Below, one piece after another: positions 8,893 through 17,657 of a stretch of DNA of 64,000 bases. The notes beneath the pieces are model-generated. The model was not told where the DNA came from and made no database searches. It was given only the letters and a program-made list of their open reading frames with translations. Both the position numbers and the translations under genes were made by a program. The DNA is taken from contig CASDPF010000007.1 of assembly GCA_949282215.1 (NCBI GenBank), forward strand, positions 13,506 through 77,505, read 5' to 3'. This DNA comes from an uncultured bacterium. GTDB lineage: Bacteria > Cyanobacteriota > Vampirovibrionia > Gastranaerophilales > Gastranaerophilaceae. The number at the start of each line of letters is the position of its first letter. Positions within the stretch are counted from its first letter, which is position 1.

Positions 8893-9255
8893 CTAATCTT
8901 CTTCGTAATAACTACAGCAAGACGTCTGAGTTTCCCAGACAGAAATCTTACTTAGTTGTACGACTTTTTCTTTTAATTTGCCGTAAATAAATGCTGCAAT
9001 CATTTCACTTGAAGGACTTTCACCTTTAAATTCGGGTAACTCGTTTATATCTTTATGATCAAGCATATCAAGTACTGCATTTAGTTCACGCTTAAGGACT
9101 TTATAATCAATCAAAATATTACTTTTATCAAGAGTTTCTCCTTTTACGTAAGCCTCAACCATCCAATTATGACCATGCTGATTTTCGCAAGCTCCGTCAT
9201 AATTTAGTAGATGATGGGCTGCAGCAAAAAAAGCCTGTGTTTTTATTTCGTACAT
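8893..9255 (-). CDS. queD: 6-carboxy-5,6,7,8-tetrahydropterin synthase (PTPS family)
   Basis: 120 aa. FAAAHHL..CENQHGHNW is the QueD/PTPS zinc and catalytic motif pattern. Confidence 0.8.
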   Translation of the reverse strand: MYEIKTQAFFAAAHHLLNYDGACENQHGHNWMVEAYVKGETLDKSNILIDYKVLKRELNAVLDMLDHKDINELPEFKGESPSSEMIAAFIYGKLKEKVVQLSKISVWETQTSCCSYYEED

Positions 9256-9266
9256 AAAGTCTCCTT

Positions 9267-9737
9267 TTAATTACGGTTCAATTTCAAAATACAATCACAA
9301 AATTCACGGACAGCACCGCATCCGCCATTTTTATCAGCTTCAAAGTTTACAACATCTTTAACTTCTTGAACGGCATCTTTTGGACAACCTGCAAGCTCAA
9401 CTTTTTCCAAAATACAAATATCAGGAATATCATCTCCCATATAAGCAACTTCAGCTAATGTGAGATTATATTTTTGAAGTAATTCATCAAGTACAGCAGC
9501 CTTATCTTTAACACCTTGATATATTTCAGTAATATTAACGTCTTTGGCTCTTCTTTCAACGGCTGCGGATGTCCGACCTGTAATTATTGCAGTAATCACA
9601 CCTTCTTTGCTTAATTCCGCAAGTCCATGTCCGTCTTTGGAATTAAAAGTTTTATATTCCAAACCGTTTTCGTCATAAGTGATACTTCCATCAGTCATTA
9701 CACCATCAACATCGAAAGCTGCTAATTTTATACTCAT
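9267..9737 (-). CDS. kdsC: KDO 8-phosphate phosphatase (HAD-IIIA)
   Basis: KLAAFDVDGVMTDGSI..FNSKDGHGL..GDDIPD. It is adjacent to kdsD. Confidence 0.8.
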   Translation of the reverse strand: MSIKLAAFDVDGVMTDGSITYDENGLEYKTFNSKDGHGLAELSKEGVITAIITGRTSAAVERRAKDVNITEIYQGVKDKAAVLDELLQKYNLTLAEVAYMGDDIPDICILEKVELAGCPKDAVQEVKDVVNFEADKNGGCGAVREFCDCILKLNRN

Positions 9738-10708
9738 TATGCTACTCCTGCTTTTAATAAATCGTGAATATGTATAACCCCTACAGGTCTATTATTTTCA
9801 TCAACTACTGCCAAAGCTGTAATTGAATATTTTTCCATCAAATTCAAAGCACTTGCACCGTATGAATTAGCGGTAATTTTCTTTGGATTTGAAGTCATAA
9901 CATCTTTTATTACAAGATTAGATGTATTACCGAATTTTATAAGTGTTCTTCTGATATCACCATCAGTTAAAACTCCTGTCAATTCCTTATTGGAATTCAA
10001 AATCATAGCCATACCAAGCTTATGAGCCGTAATAATTTCGATAACTTTATTAAAGCTGTCATTTTCGGAAGCTACTGGCAAATCTTCAGTTTTCATCAAA
10101 TCAGAAACTCTATATAAGAATCCTTTTCCTAAAGCACCTGACGGATGGAAAATTAAGAAATCCTCTTCGGTAAATCCGCGTTTTTCAAGCAAACAAACTG
10201 CAAGAGCATCTCCCATTGCTAGCGTTGCAGTAGTAGAAGCAGTCGGAGCTTTATTCAAAGGACAAGCTTCTCTTTCAACTGAAATATCCAAAACGACATC
10301 AGATGCCTGAGCCAAAGTTGAACCCATTTTACCTGTCATACCAATCATTAATACACCAAATCTTTTAATAATCGGGAGTAAATTTAATAATTCCTGCGTC
10401 TCGCCGCTATTAGAAATCGCAATCACAACATCTTGCTTTGTGATAATTCCGCTATCACCGTGAGTACTTTCTGCAGGGTGAAGAAAATAAGAAGGAGTAC
10501 CTGTTGATGAAAGGGTTGCTGCAATTTTTTTACCGATTAATCCGGATTTACCCATGCCGGTTACAATAACACGACCTTTGCAATTATATAAAATTTCAAT
10601 TGCTTTATCAAAATTATCACCAATACTATCTTTCAAACGAAGAATTGATTTTGCTTCAATATCAAAAACTTCTTTTGCAAGTTCATTTATGCTAGACGCA
10701 GTCATCAT
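9737..10708 (-). CDS. kdsD: arabinose-5-phosphate isomerase (SIS + tandem CBS)
   Basis: RVIVTGMGKSG..ISNSGET SIS motifs plus a C-terminal CBS pair. 323 aa. Confidence 0.85.
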   Translation of the reverse strand: MMTASSINELAKEVFDIEAKSILRLKDSIGDNFDKAIEILYNCKGRVIVTGMGKSGLIGKKIAATLSSTGTPSYFLHPAESTHGDSGIITKQDVVIAISNSGETQELLNLLPIIKRFGVLMIGMTGKMGSTLAQASDVVLDISVEREACPLNKAPTASTTATLAMGDALAVCLLEKRGFTEEDFLIFHPSGALGKGFLYRVSDLMKTEDLPVASENDSFNKVIEIITAHKLGMAMILNSNKELTGVLTDGDIRRTLIKFGNTSNLVIKDVMTSNPKKITANSYGASALNLMEKYSITALAVVDENNRPVGVIHIHDLLKAGVA

Positions 10709-10838
10709 GATTTCACCTCTTATTTACTTTCCGGTACAATCGGCTCTCATATATTATGTACGTTTAACATTATACACCAAAAGTAGGAAATACTACCAAA
10801 ACATTAAATTTTCTTATCATTAAGACGAGTAAAAATTT

Positions 10839-11099
10839 ATGAAATTTATAAGTTTTGATAAAAAAAATTCAACAGAATTTCTCGAGCGAGTAGAAAAATA
10901 CATTGAAGAATCAGACTGCAGAGAAATGGGACTTGATGTATCAAGTCTAAATATTTTTGACGCATCGCGAATTCTCTTACTTACCTCAGCAATGCATTAT
11001 AATAAATATCCTGAAGGTAAATTAAAATGCAAAGTTCAAGCAAAAGAAATTACAAATCTGATAAGCGGATTTTCAACAAAAAATCTCGAAATAGTTTAG
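10839..11099 (+). CDS. hypothetical protein (86 aa)
   Basis: ORF only. No motif recognised. Confidence 0.35.
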   Translation: MKFISFDKKNSTEFLERVEKYIEESDCREMGLDVSSLNIFDASRILLLTSAMHYNKYPEGKLKCKVQAKEITNLISGFSTKNLEIV

Positions 11100-12412
11100 A
11101 ATAAATACGCAGCGAGAATTGCAAAAATAATTAAAGGGATATTAAAATGTAAAAAAGTAGGGATACAAGTATCTGCAATATGATTATGCTGTCCATCAGC
11201 ATTTAACCCAGCAGTCGGACCTAAAGTTGTATCAGAAGCAGGCGAACCGGCATCTCCAAGAGCTGCCGCTGATGCTAAAATAACAGTCGTCGCAGCGGGA
11301 GAAAAACCTAAATGCATACAAACAGGTATAAATAAAACAGCTAAAATCGGAATTGTACCAAAAGAAGTTCCAATTCCCATAGTAATAAACAAGCCCAGCA
11401 ACAGCATTAGACTTACAGCGAGCAACCTGCTATTCTGCATAAAAGGTAATATTGCATGAACAAGAGTATCAATACCGCCTGTAGCTTTCAAAACCATTGC
11501 AAACCCTGCAGCAACAAGCATTACAAAAGCTACATATCCCATTAGACCAATACCTTCATTGATAAGCTTATCCATTTTCCTGTGACTTACAGCCCCACCG
11601 CCAAAAACTATTCCTAAACCAACTAAAGCACCTAATGGTAAAGATTTTGTCAGTAATTGAACAATTAATGTAGCAAACGCTCCAATAAGAGTTATGTAAT
11701 GATTTTTATTCAATGCAAGGGCTTCTGCATCAATTTTTTCAAGCTCATTTTCTACCGGTGAAATTTCATTATATTCCCGAGGTTTTCTATAAGAAATAAA
11801 CACGGCAATCAAAAGCCCCACAAACATTCCAAGCCCTAATATCCAAGTTGATTTCCAAACATCATTTTTCAAAACGGTCATTCCGTTTATCGTCATATTC
11901 TCAGCAATCAAGCCTTGAAAAATAAGTCCAAAACCAGCAGGAATCATAATATATGGAGCTTTTAGACCAAATGCTAAACTACACGCTACTGCTCGTCTAT
12001 CAAGCTTTAATTTATTCATAACATGTAATAACGGCGGAATTAATATCGGAATAAAGGCAATATGCACAGGAATAAGGTTTTGCGAAAGCATTGCAATTCC
12101 TGTTAAAATTGAGAGTAACAGTATTTTTTTATCTTTAATTATAATTGCAATCTTTTTAGCAAGAATAGTAGCTAATCCTGTATGAGTCATAGCAGCGGCA
12201 AAAGTTCCAAGTAGAATATAGCTCAAAGCAGTTTCTGAATTACCACCCATGCCGGAAATAAAAGTATCCATAACCTTATCAACAGGCAACCCGCCGCATA
12301 ACCCTGCAACTATTGCTGAAATAATAATTGCAAGCAACACATTAATTCTGCACACGCAAAGTACGCATAATAAAATTACTGATATAACTACAGGATTAAA
12401 TAATAAAGTCAT
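11096..12412 (-). CDS. Na+/H+ antiporter-family (NhaC/YuiF-like) membrane transporter
   Basis: 438-aa polytopic protein. Its overall pattern resembles YuiF-type transporters. Family-level call only. Confidence 0.55.
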   Translation of the reverse strand: MTLLFNPVVISVILLCVLCVCRINVLLAIIISAIVAGLCGGLPVDKVMDTFISGMGGNSETALSYILLGTFAAAMTHTGLATILAKKIAIIIKDKKILLLSILTGIAMLSQNLIPVHIAFIPILIPPLLHVMNKLKLDRRAVACSLAFGLKAPYIMIPAGFGLIFQGLIAENMTINGMTVLKNDVWKSTWILGLGMFVGLLIAVFISYRKPREYNEISPVENELEKIDAEALALNKNHYITLIGAFATLIVQLLTKSLPLGALVGLGIVFGGGAVSHRKMDKLINEGIGLMGYVAFVMLVAAGFAMVLKATGGIDTLVHAILPFMQNSRLLAVSLMLLLGLFITMGIGTSFGTIPILAVLFIPVCMHLGFSPAATTVILASAAALGDAGSPASDTTLGPTAGLNADGQHNHIADTCIPTFLHFNIPLIIFAILAAYLF

Positions 12413-12438
12413 AATCCGATTTTATCACAAACAAAAGA

Positions 12439-13206
12439 TTACCAAGGATAATCCTCTTTCATTTGCCAACCGTCATAAATAAGTAATGCGGCGCAATAAC
12501 CTCCAGCATAAGCTGCATTGGAGCCCTTCTTACATTTATAGTTTGGCATATCAACAGTTTCCCCGCCTTCAATTAAATCATTGCGTTCTGGTAAAACTTT
12601 ACAATCAAGTCCTTTCGGATAAAAGCCTAACCTTCTTAAACAATCATCAGGTGAAATTTGTACTTTTGGGGCATTTCCCCAGCTCATAACAAATGGGAAA
12701 ATATCGTTTCCAAGCATATTTGGCTTTTTCATCGGGCCATTAACATCTATCCAAAACCAAGCTCCTGTACCACTAGCATGAGGCCAATAAAGAACAGAAT
12801 AACCTGATGCAGTCACAAATGCTCCATGACCGCTAATACCTGATGAATCAGGCACAAACACTTTATTGTCAAGTGTAAAAGTGTTTTCTGCCCAACATTC
12901 TGAACTTACCGGAATACATTTTTTTATAACTTTTATATATGGAAACAGAAAATTTTCACTAATATATAAAAGTCTATCCTCGCTAGACTCAAAATCAGAC
13001 AAATCCCAGCTGTCTAAAGTTCCATTATCTTTTTGAGCCAATAAAACAGCTTGATTAATTTCAGAATACGCTTTTTTTAATTGGTTAATAGTTTGTACTT
13101 TTTTGTATTTTCCAACAATGACGGGCATTGTCATTGCAGCTACTACACCGATGATACCAAGCGTTATAAGCACCTCTGCCAAAGTAAAAGCTTTTTTCTT
13201 TTTCAT
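12439..13206 (-). CDS. prepilin-type N-terminal cleavage/methylation domain protein
   Basis: Start moved to ATG 13206 (GGAGG upstream): MKKKKA|FTLAEVLITLGIIGVVAAMTMPV. The C-terminal DGWQMKEDYPW is shared with 55322..55990. Confidence 0.85.
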   Translation of the reverse strand: MKKKKAFTLAEVLITLGIIGVVAAMTMPVIVGKYKKVQTINQLKKAYSEINQAVLLAQKDNGTLDSWDLSDFESSEDRLLYISENFLFPYIKVIKKCIPVSSECWAENTFTLDNKVFVPDSSGISGHGAFVTASGYSVLYWPHASGTGAWFWIDVNGPMKKPNMLGNDIFPFVMSWGNAPKVQISPDDCLRRLGFYPKGLDCKVLPERNDLIEGGETVDMPNYKCKKGSNAAYAGGYCAALLIYDGWQMKEDYPW

Positions 13207-13340
13207 AAAACCTCCATTTGTTTTTATTACCTGTTTCTCAAAAATTTTGCAACACAAATTACCGTGTCACTTGGCACGGTTTATATCTCAGCTCTTTTCT
13301 TTACATCGGAGGTCTAAGTCGGAAATGCTTGATTTAACTG

Positions 13341-13391
13341 TTAGTTGGTAGCCCCCCCCCCCGAAATTCTATCTATCAGTGTTTTTTGCAT
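13341..13391 (-). CDS. leader uORF B, 16 codons (MQKTLIDRISGGGATN)
   Basis: AAGGAGG-N5-ATG. The G11 tract is read as GGG GGG GGG. It has the same C-terminal ISGGGAT[NY]-stop as uORF A. Confidence 0.45.
   Translation of the reverse strand: MQKTLIDRISGGGATN
13352..13362. repeat. C11/G11 homopolymer inside uORF B
   Basis: Counted directly: 11 consecutive C on the plus strand. Confidence 0.95.
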
Positions 13392-13467
13392 ATGGTCCTC
13401 CTTGTTTTTGTATATTAATATTATAAAGTATTTTTTTTATTATTTCAATACGTGCTATAATAATTTT

Positions 13468-13926
13468 ATGAATACATATTCACAAAAAGCAATGAAAAAT
13501 TTTAGAGACGGCTATAATTGTGCACAATCAGTATTCTATGCATTTTCCGATGAACTAGGTCTTGATAAAGAAACTGCGTTAATGTTATCCTCATCCTTTG
13601 GCGGCGGAATGGGCAGATTAAGAGAAGTATGCGGAGCAGTTAGTGCAATGTTTATGATTGCAGGATTAAAATACGGATACACGTCTCCTACTGATAAAGA
13701 TGCAAAAGCTGAACATTACATCAGAATACAAGAGCTTGCAAAAAAATTCAAAGAAAAACATGGAACCATTATTTGCCGTGAGCTGTTAGGAATTGACGCC
13801 GATGACAACCCGATTCCATCAGACAGAACTCCCGAATATTACGCAACTCGACCTTGCGAAAGATTAATCGGAGATGCGGCTCAAATAATTTCTGAATACA
13901 TTCAGGATTTTGAAAAAAATCATTAA
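13468..13926 (+). CDS. C_GCAxxG_C_C family protein
   Basis: YNCAQSVFYAF..CGAVSAMFM..TIICREL..RPCERL fits the C-GCAxxG-C-C pattern. Start set at ATG 13468, which lies 6 nt after TGcTATAAT. Confidence 0.7.
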   Translation: MNTYSQKAMKNFRDGYNCAQSVFYAFSDELGLDKETALMLSSSFGGGMGRLREVCGAVSAMFMIAGLKYGYTSPTDKDAKAEHYIRIQELAKKFKEKHGTIICRELLGIDADDNPIPSDRTPEYYATRPCERLIGDAAQIISEYIQDFEKNH

Positions 13927-13939
13927 ATAAGATATCTCT

Positions 13940-16039
13940 TTAGAAGCTCAAATTAATCTGATATTTATTTAAGAATGTACGCATAGACTCTTCATCAAAT
14001 TTCAAAACAGTATGTTCTACGCCGTTGAAATTACGAGTCCCATCTTCTATCATTCCGAGATTTTTATAGAACTTCAGATTTTCAGGTTTATTGGTTGCAA
14101 GCTTTAAGACTTTATTGCCGATTTCAAGACAAAAACTTACCATTCTTGCCATAATAGCTCTGCCGCAACCTCTTATTTCAGCATTTTTACCCTGATTCCA
14201 AGGTGCTGTATTCAGACTTCTTGCCCAAATTTCTCTATTATTTTGGATTTCTACATTTGCAACAGCCTGCAATCTGCCATCATCAGTTTTTAAGGTGAAA
14301 TAATTTGCATCAGGATAAAGAGTTAAGGATTTATATGGAGGTAATATATCGGCTTCAGGATAAGATTTTTTAAGCCACTGTCTCCTGATATCAGCCATAA
14401 GTCTTTGATATTCAACTTTATCACTAAATGGAGTAATATCTTTAATATCTCCAAATAGAGGTTTTCCCTCCTGAACGTTTTGAAGATATACGCTTTGTCC
14501 GTCTTTCAGGATATTCCAAGGCAATTTCGGCTCAGCTATCGGAATAAATTTAGCAAATTTAGCATCTTTATTTTTGAATTTTTCAGATAAAATATTACGT
14601 TTATTGTTCAACTTCTGCATATACTCTGCAAAGTCTCTATCCTCTTTTGGAGTAATAGAATAAGAACCGTCAGCCATTTTAGCAATTTCAGCCTGTACCT
14701 CTTTCGGTAATTTGTCTTTTGGTATATCAAATCTTATTCCGGCTTTTTCAATACGCTCAAAACATTTATTTATGACACTTTCATCAGCAGACATAACTAT
14801 TCTTACATACCCTTCACCATTCGTCCCGAATACCGTCCCAGGGGTGAAGGCAACTTGAGCTTTATGCAGGACATATTTAAAAAATTCATCAGAAGTAAAT
14901 TTTGGAGGAACTTTAGCCCAAAGATAATAAGTCCCGTCTGTCGGTTTTGCATCACTGCCGAGTTTATTTAACCAACTTATAGCAGTATTTTTACGTCCTC
15001 TATAAATTTTATTAACTTTATTGATATATCCTTCTTCATCCTTCAAAGCAGCAATAGCGGCATGTTGGACAGGGACATATACACTTCCTCCTGATAAATA
15101 TTTGGCATTTAAAAGATTATCGATATTTTCTTTATCACTTACAGTAAACGCTACTCTAAATCCTGGCATACTCTGAGCTTTACTCATCGTATGAATTTGG
15201 AATGCGACCTCTTTTGCTCCGTCAATTTGCATAATTCCTATAGGTTTGCGTCCGGTATGCGTAACTTCGCTGTTATCCATATCATGAATAATTAGGACTT
15301 TATTTTTTCTTGCCCATTCAACGGCTTCTTCAAAAAACTTTTTCGGAGCGAATGAACCTGTCGGATTATGGGGATAATTAACAATTAAAATTTTTGCATC
15401 CTTAGGCATTTTAGAAAAATCAGGTAAATAACCTTTTTCGGGATTAAGGTCAAATTGAACTTTTTGCAAATCATGACGGGTAATCAAGTCATCATATAAA
15501 GAATACCCCGGATTTGGGACTAAAACTTTATCTCCATAGTTTGCATAAGCAGTAAAAATATGATCCACGGCATCAGAAGAGCCTGACGTTGCCATTACCT
15601 CAGTTTTAGGATTAATTTTCACGCCAAATCGCTTCATCATCCATTCTTCTATTGCATAGAAAAATGCCCCTTCACCTTTAGGATTATTATATCTGTGTGA
15701 CCAAAGATCATTAACTTTTTCTTTCAATGCAAGTTTAGCTTTCTCCGGCGGGGTCAAGTCAGGGTTTCCCATAGATAAATCAACAACAGCTCTATCACCG
15801 TGCAAATACCGAGCTTTCCCGATTTCTTTTATATAAGCTGATATAAGATAGTCAGACTTAGTCAATCTTTGAGCAGGTTTTATAAGACTTCCAAAATATA
15901 TTAATGAAAGCCTTGGAGATATTTTGCATTTATCATAATTTTCGGTTGAAATTTGTTCTTTTGAACTTTGATTTGCTTTAGAATTATTATTGTATATTGG
16001 ATTTATACTCTTCCACGTATTTATTGATGTAATTTTCAT
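13940..16039 (-). CDS. fusion protein: N/Q-rich extension + class I/II PLP aminotransferase + C-terminal GNAT acetyltransferase
   Basis: LSMGNPDLTPP, YPHNPTG and SKAQSMPGFRVAF (PLP lysine) mark the aminotransferase. The C-terminal RGCGRAIMARMV..FYKNLGM is a GNAT acetyl-CoA motif. Confidence 0.75.
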   Translation of the reverse strand: MKITSINTWKSINPIYNNNSKANQSSKEQISTENYDKCKISPRLSLIYFGSLIKPAQRLTKSDYLISAYIKEIGKARYLHGDRAVVDLSMGNPDLTPPEKAKLALKEKVNDLWSHRYNNPKGEGAFFYAIEEWMMKRFGVKINPKTEVMATSGSSDAVDHIFTAYANYGDKVLVPNPGYSLYDDLITRHDLQKVQFDLNPEKGYLPDFSKMPKDAKILIVNYPHNPTGSFAPKKFFEEAVEWARKNKVLIIHDMDNSEVTHTGRKPIGIMQIDGAKEVAFQIHTMSKAQSMPGFRVAFTVSDKENIDNLLNAKYLSGGSVYVPVQHAAIAALKDEEGYINKVNKIYRGRKNTAISWLNKLGSDAKPTDGTYYLWAKVPPKFTSDEFFKYVLHKAQVAFTPGTVFGTNGEGYVRIVMSADESVINKCFERIEKAGIRFDIPKDKLPKEVQAEIAKMADGSYSITPKEDRDFAEYMQKLNNKRNILSEKFKNKDAKFAKFIPIAEPKLPWNILKDGQSVYLQNVQEGKPLFGDIKDITPFSDKVEYQRLMADIRRQWLKKSYPEADILPPYKSLTLYPDANYFTLKTDDGRLQAVANVEIQNNREIWARSLNTAPWNQGKNAEIRGCGRAIMARMVSFCLEIGNKVLKLATNKPENLKFYKNLGMIEDGTRNFNGVEHTVLKFDEESMRTFLNKYQINLSF

Positions 16040-16072
16040 AATATATATGAAAACCCCTCAAAAAATTTTTTG

Positions 16073-17044
16073 CTATCTGCGAAATTTATTTGACAAAATA
16101 TTACAAATCAAAGAAAACGTATCATTCACTAATTCAGTTGATTGCAAGACATTTAGCATAAGAAAATCATGTATTGTCATATTAACTCTCACACTATAGA
16201 CTTCTACACCCGCTTCTTCAAGCTTACGGGCGTAAGCATCACCCTCATCCCGTAAAACATCATTTTCTCCGGTAATAATAAGTGCTGAAGGCATACCTGA
16301 TAAATCACTTAAACTTGCCTTCAGTGGTGATACATAAATTTCATCTTTTAATGATTTATCATCAATATACGCATTCCAAAACCATTCCATAGCTTTTTGC
16401 GAAAGCCAAGGCCCATCTTTGAACAATTTATATGAAGCTGAATTCATATCGGCATCTGTGACAGGATATAACAGCAATTGATATAAAATTTTTGGCCCGC
16501 CCTTTTTTAAAGATTTTAAAGCAATCGCCGTTGCAATATTTCCGCCTGCACTATCACCTGCAATTATAATTCTATCCGAATCAATACCGAATTCTTCAGG
16601 ATTTTGATAAATATATTCCAAAACTCCGTATCCTTGATTAATTTGCGTAGGATATACGGCCTCAGGAGCTCGTGTATAGTTAACAAACACAACAACCGAA
16701 TTAGTTCCGACAGAAAGTCGTCTTATCAACATATCATGAGTTTCTTTGTCACCTAAAATCCACCCGCCGCCATGAAAATATAAAATAACAGGCAAAGTTT
16801 CATTGGAATTTTCAGGTCGAATTAGTCGTACGCTAACACTGCCAGTTAAATCCGTAAATACATCTATATCTCTGACTTCTGCAGGGATATTACGATGAGT
16901 TTCTTTTTGCAGCTCTAATAAAAATTGTCTTGCCTCCTCAGGTTTCATTTCATAAATTGGTTTACTGGTTTTTGCACTAAGACTTTCTACAAATTCCTTT
17001 GATTTTTTATCTAAATTTGGACTTTTTGAAAATGCATCAAACAT
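16073..17044 (-). CDS. alpha/beta hydrolase (HSL-family esterase/lipase)
   Basis: HGGGW oxyanion motif and GDSAGGN nucleophile elbow. Start set at ATG 17044, after AAGGAG. Confidence 0.8.
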   Translation of the reverse strand: MFDAFSKSPNLDKKSKEFVESLSAKTSKPIYEMKPEEARQFLLELQKETHRNIPAEVRDIDVFTDLTGSVSVRLIRPENSNETLPVILYFHGGGWILGDKETHDMLIRRLSVGTNSVVVFVNYTRAPEAVYPTQINQGYGVLEYIYQNPEEFGIDSDRIIIAGDSAGGNIATAIALKSLKKGGPKILYQLLLYPVTDADMNSASYKLFKDGPWLSQKAMEWFWNAYIDDKSLKDEIYVSPLKASLSDLSGMPSALIITGENDVLRDEGDAYARKLEEAGVEVYSVRVNMTIHDFLMLNVLQSTELVNDTFSLICNILSNKFRR

Positions 17045-17187
17045 ATTAAACTCCTTTTTCAAACATTTTGGATTTAAACAAAAAATTTTTGTACTATCTG
17101 ACTGGGTAGCTTATGGAAACTTTATATAAATTTTCATTAGCAAATATTATTTTGTCTAGACTTTATATATTTCAAAAGGATAAAATT

Positions 17188-17496
17188 ATGAACGTAGGAA
17201 ACAGAACACAATTTATACAATTTAACGGACTTGTTCCAATTAAAAATTATAAAGGTCCAATTCTAAAATTAACAGAAACTGACAATATAAAAATTAGAAA
17301 TTGTCAAGAACATATAGCACAACTTGAAATTGAAATATATAAATTAAAAAACCTTTCTACAGGAAAACATTTACAAATAAGAGAATTATCTTACTATTTA
17401 GACAAAGAAAATATGTATAAATATAAAATTGAAGAATATAAAAATATCATTAGAGATATAAAAATAAATTGCCTAAATAAACAGAAAAAACTTTAA
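17188..17496 (+). CDS. hypothetical coiled-coil protein
   Basis: ORF track 17113..17496. AAAGGA-N7-ATG at 17188. K/E/I-rich heptad-like sequence. Confidence 0.4.
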   Translation: MNVGNRTQFIQFNGLVPIKNYKGPILKLTETDNIKIRNCQEHIAQLEIEIYKLKNLSTGKHLQIRELSYYLDKENMYKYKIEEYKNIIRDIKINCLNKQKKL

Positions 17497-17500
17497 AAAA

Positions 17501-17587
17501 CGGAGAGGGTGGGATTCGAACCCACGGAAAGTGTTACCCTTCACAGACTTTCGAGATCCGCACCTTAAACCACTCGGACACCTCTCC
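17501..17587 (-). tRNA. tRNA-Ser (anticodon CGA)
   Basis: Minus strand reads GGAGAGGTGTCCGAGTGG..CGGAT-CTCGAAA-GTCTG, then a long variable arm, then GGGTTCGAATCCCACCCTCTCCG. The cloverleaf was folded by hand. Confidence 0.85.
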
Positions 17588-17610
17588 ATCTAAAATAATA
17601 ATAGCATAAA

Positions 17611-17647
17611 AAAAGAAACTTCATTTTTTATAAACGAAGTTTCTTTT
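17611..17647. terminator. bidirectional intrinsic terminator
   Basis: AAAAGAAACTTC-N13-GAAGTTTCTTTT, a 12-bp stem flanked by A/T runs, between the tRNA and the pilin-like gene. Confidence 0.6.
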
Positions 17648-17657
17648 AAAAAGTATC

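Larger units (their letters stand above)
13207..13448 (-). promoter_or_regulatory. structured leader B of the pilin-like gene (paralog of leader A)
   Basis: TTGAAA-N17-TATAAT (13448..13420). uORF at 13391..13341. Hairpin CCGUG-N8-CACGG (13279..13262). CCUCCG (13312..13307) is complementary to SD UGGAGG (13216..13211). Confidence 0.6.

Noticed and set aside
9256-9266. preQ1 riboswitch upstream of queD
   Set aside because: queD follows kdsC by only 11 nt inside an operon, so no leader is available.
13345-13467. N-terminal 41 codons of ORF-track entry 13345..13926 (MVAPPPEILSIS..), which read through the C11 tract on the plus strand
   Set aside because: The C_GCAxxG homology begins only at MNTYSQKAMKNF (ATG 13468), which has its own TGcTATAAT box. 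The upstream part is the reverse complement of pilin leader B and its promoter.
17113-17187. Extended start of ORF 17113..17496, and similar over-long starts at 1325, 13257, 17062, 19337, 21405, 26140, 26236, 36850, 54319, 55313, 57783 and 61250
   Set aside because: In each case an internal ATG is preceded by an SD or a -10 box, and the recognisable domain or signal peptide starts there. The longer versions use TTG/GTG or read through the SD itself.
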